Shown one piece after another: positions 1-22,826 of a stretch of 64,000 nucleotides of DNA. Below the pieces are notes generated by a model, which saw nothing but the letters and a program-made list of their open reading frames with translations, had not been told where the DNA came from and ran no database searches. The stretch spans positions 2,294,001-2,358,000 of the forward strand of contig JAYWIR010000027.1 of NCBI GenBank assembly GCA_036172245.1, written 5' to 3'. This DNA comes from Raillietiella orientalis (Eukaryota). The position numbers and the translations under genes were made by a program. Numbering within the stretch: the first letter of the stretch is position 1; each line of letters begins with the position of its first letter.

Positions 1-1629
1 TGTCCTCGGCGTGAGTGGCGTGGACGGCGGCGGCGATGGTGGCCGATGCTCGGCACCCTGCTTGATGGGATGCAAAAGGGGCCGGAGTAGGAGTAATGGG
101 GGAAAGAAGGAAAGCCCACAGAAAAGAAAAGTTTTTCCTGCGCTTGATGCCCCAATGGCAGCCTCCGAACTCCCACGAGGTCATGCCCTCCCTCCTCTCT
201 TTCTAGAAGCACTGGCGCGGTGGAGTGGCGGCCGCGCGCGAAGCGAGGTCGCGGAGGTGCTTGTAGCGCACCTTGCTGCCACCAGCAACTGGCTCTGATG
301 CGGTGCTCCTGGCTCTCAGGACATTTTCCTCTGGCCACCTACTGGAGTCGTCCGCTTCCCGGAAAAGAGGAGCCGGGGCAGTCCTCCCGCCCCGCTTCGC
401 TACCGTCTCATTGGCCAAAGCAAAGTGGGAAAGAAGACACTTTTCCGAGGAAACCGCAGGATGCGTGCAGCCCCGGAGCGCGGCTCTCCACCTGTCAGGA
501 AGGGGTGGATGGGCGGCGATGGCCCCCATCAGACGGAGGTGAGGAAGCGGAGCGTCTTCTCGACCGGGAATGCGTAGCGGCTCCCTCGGCGCCTACGACC
601 CGACCCTCCTCTGGGGACGTTCGTTACCCGACTCCTTTCGCCCCTGAGGATGCCCTGAGAGCCACGGGACCGATCTGTTCTCCTCCCCTTTCGGTTCCAG
701 AAGATGCTGAACCGATGGTCCGGCAGGAGAAAATCCACCTCTTTCCGGGAGTCAAAAGGAGCTGAGGCCTTGAGCTTTTCCCGGTCCCTCACATGCGCCA
801 TCCATCGGGCCGGGAGCGAAGGGACGATCTCGAGCTGGTTTGCACTCTGGCAGTTCAGATTTGCCGGGGATAGCTTCTCCTTCCTCTCGGAGGAGGGAGA
901 TGACACCTCTTGCTGCTTCTCGACCACATCCTGTTTCGGTCCAGACCTGTTTCACCGTCCCGAGCTTCCTTCTCCATCCCCTCCCCCCCTATCCAGCTCC
1001 CAGGCTATGGAGCGACGACTGCCCAGCACTTCGACAGGTTCCCCTTCCAGTGCTCTTTGGGAGCGGAACTTAACGAGCTTCCTCCATGGCGACCGGCGGT
1101 GCAGCCTGCAGCGAAGTGCCCTAACGTGCTGGAGGGACTCTTACCACCACGAAGGCTGGAAGAGGCGAAGGAAGGAGCGTGCGAGCGGGGCAACTCCTTC
1201 TCTCATTCTCTCTCTCCTCCTCTCCCCGTCTGTCTCCGGAGGCGAGAAGGCGCTGGAGCGAACTCGTCGGGAAAGGTCGGGAGCGGAGGCCGGGAGAACC
1301 GCGGAGTAGGCGGCGGCTGCAGGCGCGCGCGCGCGCTCGCAGTCGCAGGGAAACGAAATGCCGAGGGAAGCACAGAGTCAGGTGGGTCCGCGATCGGCGG
1401 GAACAATCCGGGAGGAGGGAGCGCGCGCGCGGAGAATCCTATAGGAAAGGAGGAAGGAGGGTCGCACCCGTCCGCGAGATGGCAGAAAAAAGGGAAAACC
1501 GGAAGGGAAGACGCCGCGAGGAACGCTCGCGGAGAGAAGGCGAGGGTGGGGCAGCGCCTCGCAGGACTCACCTCGTGTTCATCCGCCGGTAGCAGCCACT
1601 GCATCCCCTTCAAAAACCGCGCCCTGGCT

Positions 1630-2080
1630 ATGAGTCCTCTCTTCCTTCACTCCTTCGTGAATGCTCGTTGTTCCACGCGTCGCGCTTCGACGGGAGGCTC
1701 ACAAAGTCGCCCCCAAGGTCAGGATCCGAAGTCGTTAACCAGCTCCTCGAGCGCTCTTCCAGGTGATTTCGCAGGGAGTCGGCGGCGAGTACAACCGTCG
1801 CTGACGCGCAGGAGAGTTTCACAGGTCGGCATTTTCAAAGAAGAGGTCTCATCCGGTAGATATTCTAGACAGTCACAGAAGAAGCTCCATCTCCAACCCT
1901 CACAGATTACAGTGGTTAGGATGCCTCGGTTTTTACGAGAGATGAGCTCTCCCAAAAGCATCCTAACATCGTTGACCTTCCAACACTGTTACAGTTGTAG
2001 CAGTTTACATCGTCGCTGTTTCCGTTCCTGTGTCACACATACGCAGATGTGTTTCGTTGGCATCTCTCAACGCTCGCAGG
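1630..2080 (-). mobile_element. Decayed non-LTR retrotransposon ORF1/endonuclease relic
   Basis: Minus strand has a zinc-knuckle remnant CYNCNSVG (~1980-2002), TV*NIY (~1855-1875) and LGGDF (~1702-1716), spread over broken frames. Confidence 0.35.
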
Positions 2081-3492
2081 ACAGTTGAAGTCCTCCTTAG
2101 TCTGCTGCCATCAAAACTCTGCTTTGCAGCTACCATCTCCGAACACTTTTGGAAGTCCTATAAAACTGCCACTTCATCCTCCTCATGCATCGATTAGATT
2201 CAGATTACGGATTGATTTTTTTCTCATTAACAAATATATTTGTTTTTTCTGTCTCCTTGAAATAGCCGATTAATTCTGGGAGCTCTGCAGCTCTGCCGAG
2301 ATGAAACAAGCTTTCAATTGTTTTCGAAAGTATTATATGATCTGATCTCCTTAACTTGGTTTCATTCAGACTTTTTGTCATAATGGTTCGAGAAGCAAGA
2401 GTTTCAACTTTTCTCTCTTCATCTAACAGGAAAAAAAAACAATGCTGACTAAATGATGCCATCAGCTTATCATTCTTTCATTATTTCCCAATTAGCTTGC
2501 AGAACAATCCTATCTATGTTCTTTCTCTCTCTCTCTCCCTTTCGTGTTTCACATTTGCCTTTTCAGAAGTGGTTTCGTTCCTCAAGTTTTAAAAGATAGA
2601 TGCGAGTGAACTGGCAGCGGCAACGCTTGTTCCATAACCATGCCACTTTTCAGGGCCAGAAAGACGAATTCTCATGTATTCTTATGTATCTTGAAAAGTC
2701 GAACACTGCTATTTGGTGCATACCGAGCACACAGCTTCAAGGTTAGCTGCCCTTCCGTCGATACTCCAGCTGCAAGAGAAACCAACTTTTGCCTCGGATC
2801 CTCGCATTCTTTGTGCGTTTTGGTGATCGTGGTGCCTTGCCGTAGCGATAGCAACCGATCACACCGGAGCACGTGAAGCCGAAATTCTGAAGAGTTTATC
2901 TGCAGGAGGACGCACGCTATTGTAGAATGTAAAAATGCAGCGTATATTATGCACGCACACGGCACTTATACGAGAATGTGACATTCCCAAAAGAAAGAAC
3001 CGGTTAAGGTAAATAAGCGAATACAGGAAACAACGCCAGTTTCCCAGTGGCAATCCCCCCCCCCCTCCCGAGCACATTCATTCTGTTCGTAATTATGCAA
3101 AATGATTCAAATGATACACATGATAGGTATATCCGATTGTTGGAAATCATTATGCTTTTGCAGGATTTGGGGAGCGATTGCAGTACGTTGGTGGCAAAAA
3201 GTTTCCCGATACCTTTTCCCTTCGATTCCCCCTTCGATCTTAATTCCGGTCTGAGAAGCTCATGGAGTGACTAAGCTTTTCTAACGAGAAATCCGACGCG
3301 AAGGCGAACACTTTTGAGAGCTTTAATTTGGAAATTCGAAGCAACACGTGTCCCATGTCTGCTGCATCCCAAGACGTGTGGAGTGCTGTGGATACATGTG
3401 CTGGTGAACGTCTTGCATGATCCGAGGCGTGTTAGCCACCGGCTATTGCCTTTGTTCGTGAAGAACCGTGTGCACATCGGAACCGCCGGGCA

Positions 3493-15027
<11,535 letters not shown>

Positions 15028-17150
15028 TGGTTGCCGGCGCACTCGGTCGCTGCTCCCGGGCGACTCGCGCCCGAGCACGGCCTCGCGCTGCCGATAAGGC
15101 GGCCGCCGCGCGCGCGAGGCGCTCGGAGCGCCTGCCGGGCGGCGGCGGGAGCGCCGGGAAACCGGCAGCCGACGGTGACACGCGCGAGCGAGCAGGCCGG
15201 CGAGGGGGCGGGCGGACGAGCGAGCGGGGGGGGGGAGGAGCTGCGGCGCCGATGCGCTTGCTCGCTCGCACCCCCTTCCCTCCCCCCTCTTTACTCTCGT
15301 GCGCGCGCTCCCGAGAGAGAGGTGGCACGCCAGAGCAGGGGAGGGAGGGAGGGGGGAGGGCGAGGCGCCGCCAACGCTGCTGGCGACCTCACGTGACTGT
15401 GGGAACCTTGCAGCCGGCCGGCCAATCGATCGTTCGGGCGGGAACGCGCGTCTCTTCCCGAGATAACGCGGTGGGAACTCCGTCACCTGCTCCTGCCGCT
15501 GCTCCCGCGGATCCCCGGAGGAAGGGGCGGGAGAGGCAAGGCGACGATGCGGCGGCAGCGTTCGGCTGCTTCGACCTCCCCCCCCCTCTCTCTCTCCAGC
15601 CGGCTCGCCCGTCCGCCCCTAGACCGGCCCGGAAGTCTCGGCGGGAACCGGCCGCCGGCCTGGGAACGGCGGCCGCCCATTACCGCGCGCCGGTCATTAG
15701 GGGGGCGGCAGGTCGCCGCGGAGATCCGCAAATCGCTGGGAAACCGGCGGGCCGCTTCCGCGGCCGGTTCCCAGGCCGGCGGGGAAGGCCGCCCCAAACT
15801 CCGGGGTCTACGGCCTGCAGCCCACTTCCGCGTTCGCGCTTCCTGGGGAGGGGGTGGGAGAGCGCCAACGTGGCACCCTCTCGCCCTCTCCAGTTGGTGC
15901 CGCCTCTGGACGGAAGAGAGGAGGAGGAGGAAGAAGGGAAGAAGAGGAGGAAGGGGAGGAGGAAGAAGGGGAAGGAGGAAGAGCTGGCGACGGGGGGAGC
16001 CACGGCCGAAGAGCCGTCGCCTCCGCGCGATCCGCGCGCGCGCGCACGCCGTCCTGGCGGAGCGAATCGCCCGAGCGGCCACTTCCGTTCCCACGATCCG
16101 TCGGGCCCTGTTTCCGACCGCGGAGGGGGAGCTCCCTGGGAACGGACGAACCGGCCGAACCGGGAGGTGAGGAAGGGAGGGGGATCGAAAACGAGGGTGA
16201 CGGCTCCGGGTCCTTACGCACCCCAATGGCTGGTCCGGGCCCCTCCGGCCGCACTCGCCGAGGCAGGGCCGACGGCGGACCGGCAGGCGTGCGCACGAAG
16301 CGAAGGCCCTGCAGCCCGCTGCGAGCGTACCAGACACGCCCTCTATCCTCGTCTGGTGTGAGCCCAGTCGTCGGTCGCTCCCATCGCACGCTGTTCTTCT
16401 GCCGGGGCAGAAAAACAGCAGCCATCGCCCACCACAAGCTCGGCCTCCAGGTAGTTCGCGAAAACAGTAGGTAGAAGAAGCTGCGTTCTCCCCGATGGAC
16501 CGAACGAGCTAGCCAACAACTCGGGAGGGAGGAGAGGGAAAGGGGAAGGAGGAAAGAAAGAAAATATAAAAATAAAAGGATAAAGAAGGAAGAATTAGAA
16601 GAAAAAAAAAAAAAAAAAAAGAGGAAAGAAAAAAAAAAAAAAAAAAAAGAGAAAGGTCGTCTGTCCACGTAATGCTGCCCAAATGAGCACGACCTTCTGC
16701 TGCTGCCCGCATTACGGAAGCGCATTTGATCGATGACGGGCGGTTTGCTGCGCTCTCACCTGCACTGATTACCGCTCTCCGCTCCTTTCCCGCAGAACCG
16801 ATCCTGTCATTATCGGGAGATTAGCAGCACCGACAAATGAAGCTGCACATCGCTCGCATTTCGTCAGGATTGCGTTCCTGTTAATTGCATATCTCTTTAA
16901 CTGCTTAACCTGCGATCTGTTCCCAATAAACGCAAGCCATTACCTGCGCATCAAGCTGTTGTTTTCGCCATGATGCGCGCGATCGAGCGGCAGATTTTGT
17001 AAGTTTATCACTCATTATCGGAATACGTACTCTTGGAAGGGAAGAGGGGAGGAAAAAAATATTTGGATAGGGAGTAGGTAGGAGGAGAGCGAGAAGGAAA
17101 GAAGAGAGGGGGGAGGAAACGATGACTCCCTGCTTCTCCCGGACCAAAAA

Positions 17151-17151
<1 letters not shown>

Positions 17152-17184
<33 letters not shown>
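17152..17184. repeat. (CA)n microsatellite followed by a long poly(A) tract
   Basis: Directly visible. Other simple repeats: poly(A) 16600-16648, (GCGG)n 14943-14968, (GCGT)n 27041-27072. Confidence 0.9.
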
Positions 17185-17187
<3 letters not shown>

Positions 17188-18999
17188 GAGTGAAAAAAAA
17201 AAAAAAAAAAAAAAAGGAAACGGCTGCTCTCCTGATTTCCGTGCACCTTACATCCCCGAAAATAAAGTGTTAGCAGAGGAAGGGACATGCAGTGCGCGGC
17301 AAGCATTGCAAAGTCGTGCTGGCTTCCATCCGAAGATCGGATGCAGGTCTCTCTCTGTTTTCTCTGTCTCTGTCTCTCTGTTTTCATGACGATGAACGAA
17401 TAGATCGATCCTTTTTTCTTTTCCTCGCAAGGGCCTGCACGGGAAACGGTATGACACGGAGGGGCATCGGTGGCTTCGGACACACAATAAAAGGAAAGAA
17501 GGAATGGGGAAAAAGTCCCCACTTTTCGGAGACGCGTTCCTCCCTCGGTTGTCCCGCCAAAGGGGCATTGTTGCGTAATCGAGGAGCAGGAAGAGAGAAG
17601 AGCATTCCTGCGTTTCCGTCCATCCGGCTGGGAACATTCGCCGAGCGAGGAGGCTGGTGCCCTGCTCGCTCGAGTTTCCACAGGTCCTCCTCCCCTCCCC
17701 ATCGTGAATCTCTTCCCTTCCCCCTCCATCGCGTGCTTCTCCTCTTTCTGTGGTTGCGGGACGTGGGGAGCAGGAGCAGGCCCGAGCGTCCTACCCAGGA
17801 ACGACTGCAAGTGCTCCCTTCCCCCCCCCCCTCCCTCCCTTCCCAGAAGAGGGAAAAACGGAAGCCGACCACACAATGCAGGTACGCGCCCTCGCATTTA
17901 CCCATTTTCGCCACAATTTTCCACGAAGACGGTGGCGCGCACGGTGACGCAAGCGTGGCGAGTGGACGCTGCTGCGTTCGAGCGGGGAGCGTCGCGTCGA
18001 ACGTTTTCGGCCCCCGTGCTGTCCGGCAGAACCGCGTGCTCTCCTCACAACATGTGTCGGCACGTGTGTCCGCAGCGTGTGGGTCTGCGTCGTGAGCTCT
18101 CCCGGAGCCCGACACAACGAGCGAAGGTGCGTGACAACTGGACGTGTGCCAACGCTGGGCGACAGGGAACGCTGCGTGGAAACTCCGAGGAGGAGGAGAG
18201 GGAGGGAACGCCCCGTTAGAGGAGGGGCTGCCTTCCTTAGCGGGAGACTGGTTCTGCTGCGGGTGGGAGAACGGAAGCCCCAGAGATGACTCCTGACAGC
18301 GCTGCACGCTGCCCTGACCCGCGCATTGCACTCTCCTCGCGTGTGAGAGCGGCAGCGACTGCGCTCGCACCCTCCCTCCGCCTTTCGTCGCCGCGTGGGG
18401 AGGAGGATGCGGCCCCGACGGGAGATCCAGGGAAGGCGGAACCGGAATTCACCACTCGATGCTTCCTCCTGCCCCTTTCTCTGACCCGGTGGTGCGCATC
18501 ACGTCGCCGCCCCAGCAGGGAGCGTGAGAGAGATCCTTGCCATCCTCCTCTCGTCCCCAGGCAGAGTTTCCTGGAAGCTGGCGAGGCGTCCAATACGGGA
18601 GAAGGGAGGGAGGGGCGCTTCCGGCTCGGAGCTAGGAGTCGGGAGGGGAAAGGAGAGGACCGACGTGAAAAGATGGAGTGGATCTCGAGGCATCTGATCC
18701 GGCATCCCTTCCGGACGAGATGGAGACGGCCGGAATCCCGCGATCCCCTTATTTCCCTCCCCGCACGCTTCCAATCTTCTAGCGGAGCGGAGATCAGGAC
18801 CATCTCCTCCCCCACTCCCTCTTCTCTCTCTCCCGAGGACTAGCCAACGATAGCTCTGGGGAGAGTGGGGGATCCCACTCGCGCGCGTCGTCCGCTCCAC
18901 TCCCCCCTCCCGGCCCTTCGTTCTCCGTGGAAGTGTCCCGTGTAGCAGCGGTAGCAGCGCTGACCTCGTCCCATAGGCGGGAGCGCAGACCCAGGTGGC

Positions 19000-21200
19000 G
19001 AGACGCGGAGTGCCTGAGCGCTCACCTGAGCCCACCCTAAAGCCCTTAGAGAGGGCGTCCTCAAGGCTCGGAGAAAGGGAAGAAGGGGAGAAGAGATGCC
19101 TTCCTTCTGTGATTCCGACCCCTCGCCGCCTCAAGCGCGCGCGCTCTCCGGACCCGTCCGATCCACTCGCTCCGCGGTCGGGATACGCGCGCACGCCAGA
19201 CCGAGGAGGCAGCTGCAGGCAGCAACCGGAAGAGGGGGACGGATACTAAGGGAAACGAACCTTCTACTCCCACCTCCGTCCTCGAGGTGGCGGACATCGA
19301 AAAGGATGAATGCATACATGCAGGATGCCACTGTCTCCCCAGCCTCAGAGCCTCTCTTCTGCCTTTACACCTTCGAACGGGGAAAAATCGTCTCACAGCA
19401 ACGGCGGATCGCCTCGGAGAAGAAATTCAGTCGGCGGGCTGAGAGGAGGGAAAGGGAGGAGGGGGGAGTGCCATGTGACTCTCGCCCGCTCCTTGCGTGT
19501 GCTGCAGAAAGGAGAAAGCCGCGCCAACGAGAGAGCACAGGGTGAAGGAGAGCTTCCCTCCTGCACTGAGTGCGGGCAAAGGGGAGAAGGGTGCGAAAAG
19601 CAGAAGCGATGGGGGGTGAGGGTGGGGGGAGAGGACGGGAAGGAAGGCCTCGGTGAGGCGTGCCGAGGGGGGCGACACTCGGGGGTAGACCTTCCCAGGT
19701 GCTTCGCTTCCGGACCCACCGCCACCCTCCCCCTGACGCGGGGTCTCCACTCTCCCCCCCTTCGCCCGCGGAAGCTCCACACAAGGGTCAACCCTGTATT
19801 TCCAGGAGCAGGTGGAGCGAAGGGGAGCAGTAAGCTGGTACAGACCTTCTGGGAAGAACCACGGACGGGTTCTGGTGGAAAAGGTCGGGGTCTTTCGGGA
19901 GAGATCCTCCCCGGGAACCTCCGGCAGGGAGAGGAAGAGCGACATCTCTGAGGGGAGTCGGACAAACGGGCGCCTCTGTCGCGCGACCGAAAGTCCCGCC
20001 GGATCTCTCCCTCCCTTCTCTGGCTCCTCGGAATGAAAGAAGGGAGAGGGACGCACGCCCGGATGCCTTTGGACGGGCGCGCCGCGTCGCGGCATTTTCG
20101 TGAAGTTGGTAGGCTCCTGGTCAGACCTCCTCTTCGCGTTCTCAGGGATCGTTCCGCGTGAAAAGGGAGAGCTCAGCGCGCGTTGGGTACGTCCCGCCCT
20201 TTCCTCGGCATCCTTGATGGATCCAGCCAGCCAGCCGGGCGCGTCAGTTCCCGCAGGGCAGTCTCTGCGCGTCCTGCTTCCCGTTAGGAGGTGGTCGGTT
20301 TCCGGCGATGAAGGGAAACGAAACAGGGGGAATCCGTGCAGGCCTGCTAGAGGCGCCCCACGGGGGTTCCGACGCTCGCGCATCGCCGCCGCCGCCTCTC
20401 TCCCATCCATACTGCCCTTCTCATCCCGCCCATGCCCGCTCTCCCCCCTCCCTCCCTATCGCTGCCGCCCTCAAAGGATGAGAGGAGTGACGGCAGCTAT
20501 ACGAGACGAAGCGCCAAGCCAGCCCGCGCAGTCTTACCCGAATATCCGTGGCGTTAACAAGTCTGTTCCCAAGGCAACGAAGAACGTGTGCCGCTCATTA
20601 TCTGCCACCTCGCTTATCTCCCGCGCCCGACTCGGAGGGAACCGTTCGGGATGGCTCGTCCCGAGCTCGAGCGACGGCGAAAGCAAGGAATTCCTGGTTG
20701 ACTCAGGAAGGTGCGCGCGGCCGCTCCCGCTCTCTCTTTCCCCCCTTCAAACCCGGTCGGCCCCTGCCCCTTGCGGAGGGACGGCGCTGCTGCCTCTGTG
20801 GTGGCGGCGGCGGCGGCGGGTTCACGCAAACCACTGTGCTCTCCGCATTCTCCCCCCGCCCCATTTCCAACAGCAGCGTGCCTTCCGACAAACAGGGGCA
20901 CCTCGGAAGAGCGGATCAATTACGCGGAGGAAGGAAGGCGGCGGCAGAAAGCGGAAGTCGGGGCGAGCCGGATGACACGGGGATTACCGGGGGTGAACGA
21001 GAGGGGTCCACCGGGAATACTCTTTGGCGCCGGCAACCCACCCAGCAGCGGCGGCGGCGTGCGAGGGAGCACAAGATGCCGCAGTTCTTCTCTTACCCTT
21101 CGTCCGTAGGATCTCATGGGGAACGAGACGGCCCTCGGGCCGATCGATCGGGGAATCCGCGGATACTCGCACGCACGCACGAAAATTGCACATTTGTTCC
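19000..21200 (-). mobile_element. Highly decayed L1-like RT relic upstream of Su(H)
   Basis: Reverse complement of 20685-20702 (GTCAACCAGGAATTCCTT) matches RT region 41903-41920 at 17/18; weaker collinear similarity on both sides. Boundaries approximate. Confidence 0.45.
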
Positions 21201-21472
21201 GGGGCCTTCCAGGAAGAAACAACGGAAAAACTGGAGGAATACCAGGAGGGGGGAGGGGCACAAATATAAAAAATAAAATAAAAACAAAGAAAAGAAAAAA
21301 ACAGAGGTGTGAAGAAGAGGAAACGAGGCCGGGAGCAGGAAGCAGTTGGCACACGAAGGCGAAGGAACGAATGCCCGTCCTCACCCTCGGGAAAATGCTT
21401 GCCGGACAGGCACGCGCGGGGAGAGGAACAATCGCTGGCACGTGGCAGATGTTCCAGTGGTTTCGCTAGCTT

Positions 21473-22826
21473 CGTGAGAAGTGGCAGGTGGCGCATTTTT
21501 CGAGCTAACGGTTGTTTATGCAGCAGTCAGGAAAGAGCAATTACTGTGGCACTGCAGGATTTACATGTGACGGCTTTTCTTTGTCTTCTTCCGCTTGTTT
21601 CAGCAAGGTCTTCAACAACGGGAGCAGCAGCAGCAGTTTTTTTTTTTCTTCTTCTTTCTTTCTTCTTTTCCTTTTTCCTCGCGACAACCGGAATTTTCGA
21701 ACGCACACTCGAGATGCAGGCGAAGCGGATGCCGGCAAAATAGCCACTGTAAACCGAACCACTACGGCCAACAGTAACCACCGCAAAAAAAATACGCAGC
21801 CGATCCACCACTAATGCAATTACCTGTTTGCGCTTACTTGCGTTCATGATGCTCTGCAGCAAACTTGTTCAAACAGATTCTTCGGCAACCGATAACACAA
21901 AGCAAATAGCACAGCAGACCATCAGCATGCACGCCGGAGAATCGGTTCATCCACCGATCTCCAAAAGTGAGCTGCCTTCACCGACATATCTGACACGAAA
22001 CATTTGGATGCTCCGACGAAACCTGAGGTCACCTCCAAATACGTTCTCGTTGATTTCAATTTTTTTTTTTTTTTTTTTTTTCTTCCCTCCTTTTCTCTCT
22101 CTCTTTCCAGCTCTCGCATCGAGAGCAGCAGATACGTCACTGCTTACGTCACTGCAAAACAGGCAACTTCGAGTGAGAAATCAAGCCCGTGGGAAAACCA
22201 GCAGCACATCGTGGGAACTAACATCCGAGCCTCTATTACATAAACTGACCAGCCATCCCATAAAAGACGAGCTACAGTTTGCAACTTTGCACGGAGAGTA
22301 CATCCACGGATCACAATACCAACTGTTATGTACGCGAGTGTGGGGTTGATTGCCAGCAGCAAAAACAAAAGAATCTGACTGAGATCGATTTTCACCATTT
22401 AAATTACGGGGTATTGACGACGTAGCTTTTCCGGATTTCGTTACGAGAGTTTCTGATTCATCCGAATTCGTACACGGCGAACATCTTTTTCGTGTTTCGA
22501 ACGTTCCAGGCCGTCGATGGAGAAAAAAAAAAAAAAATCCATCGGTTTCAGTAGCCGTGGTGTTCACACGTACGGAACTTCGAGTGCGTGGCTAAAGTAA
22601 ATGATTGAGAACAGTACAAACCATTTTAAATCTTTGTAACGCCAAAGGCTACACACAGCTTCCCACGCTACCCGAGATTTTCCCACGCTTCGGTGTCAGC
22701 AACGAGAAAAGTATGCGTGGAGAATTTCATCCTCCGGAGCCCTTTTCTATTCATGCCGTTGCAACTTGTTTGATATTTCGAGTGCAAACGCATAATTAGA
22801 TTTTTCCCATCTCACCGTTTTCCCAT
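21473..22826. promoter_or_regulatory. Distal cluster of CSL/Su(H) binding sites
   Basis: CGTGAGAA 21473, AGTGAGAA 22172, CGTGGGAA 22188 and 22210, TTCCCACG 22660 and 22680, TTCCCAT 22804 and 22820. Confidence 0.65.

Noticed and set aside
591..600. GCCTACGACC resembling a 5S rRNA 5' end
   Set aside because: Only 10 nt match; nothing continues.
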